From Amoebidium appalachense (lineage: Eukaryota > Protista > Ichthyosporea), in assembly GCA_963693365.1 (NCBI GenBank), contig CAVNZM010000018.1, positions 1,297,861-1,361,860 of the forward strand: a stretch of 64,000 nt of DNA. The letters run 5' to 3'. The position numbers and the translations under genes are program-made. Positions 63,622-64,000 of the stretch are shown piece after piece; within the stretch, counting starts at the first letter, position 1; the number at the start of each line of letters is the position of its first letter. Under the pieces are notes generated by a model that ran no database searches, was not told the origin of the DNA, and saw only the letters and a list, made by a program, of their open reading frames with translations.

Positions 63622-64000
63622 ATGCACGTGCATGTACACGTACTTATTGTATGCATATGTGCACGTGCATGTACACGTACTTATTGGATACACATGTGCA
63701 CGTGCATGTACACGTACATATTGGATACACATGTGCACGTGCATGTACACGTACATATTGGATACCCATGTGCACGTGCATGTACACGTACATATTGGAT
63801 ACCCATGTGCACGTGCATGTACACGTACATATTGGATACACATGTGCACGTGCATGTACACGTACATATTGGATACCCATGTGCACGTGCATGTACACGT
63901 ACATATTGGATACACATGTGCACGTGCATGTACACGTACATAATGGATACACATGTGCACGTGCATGTACACGTACATATTGGATACACGTGTGCACACA
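63622..64000. repeat. 37-bp tandem minisatellite, ~10 copies, intronic
   Basis: Unit catgtgcacgtgcatgtacacgtacatattggatac(a/c); TTGG recurs at 63721, 63758 and onward, giving period 37. Confidence 0.95.

Noticed and set aside
63622-64000. CRISPR-like array (also considered for 42885-43105)
   Set aside because: Head-to-tail repeats without unique spacers, no cas genes, eukaryotic context.

Overview
Eukaryotic genomic DNA, probably from a unicellular holozoan or other opisthokont (inferred from gene content). Introns are saturated with (CA/GT)n and poly-C/poly-G, so almost all ORFs in the supplied track are low-complexity artefacts. Manual exon assembly gives four intron-rich genes: a germ cell-less-like BTB protein (minus, runs off the left edge); a complete 8-exon phosphoenolpyruvate mutase with a mitochondrial-type leader (minus); an NXPE/PC-esterase-like SGNH membrane protein (plus); and an F-BAR/HR1/C1 protein (plus, runs off the right edge). 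Between them (30.2-47 kb) is the most unusual part: five intronless paralogues I cannot assign to a known family. Each has two Cys-rich modules followed by basic (RR/KR) sites and a C-terminal GxxxG membrane anchor, and all share one promoter module. Four form an inverted-duplicated head-to-head A/B pair with reciprocal pseudogenisation, and a 5'-truncated LINE with an intact ORF2 lies between the two pairs. Two window-wide intron patterns also stand out: degenerate tandem 'echo' copies of exon/intron junctions, and GT/G tracts after donors with CA/C tracts before acceptors.
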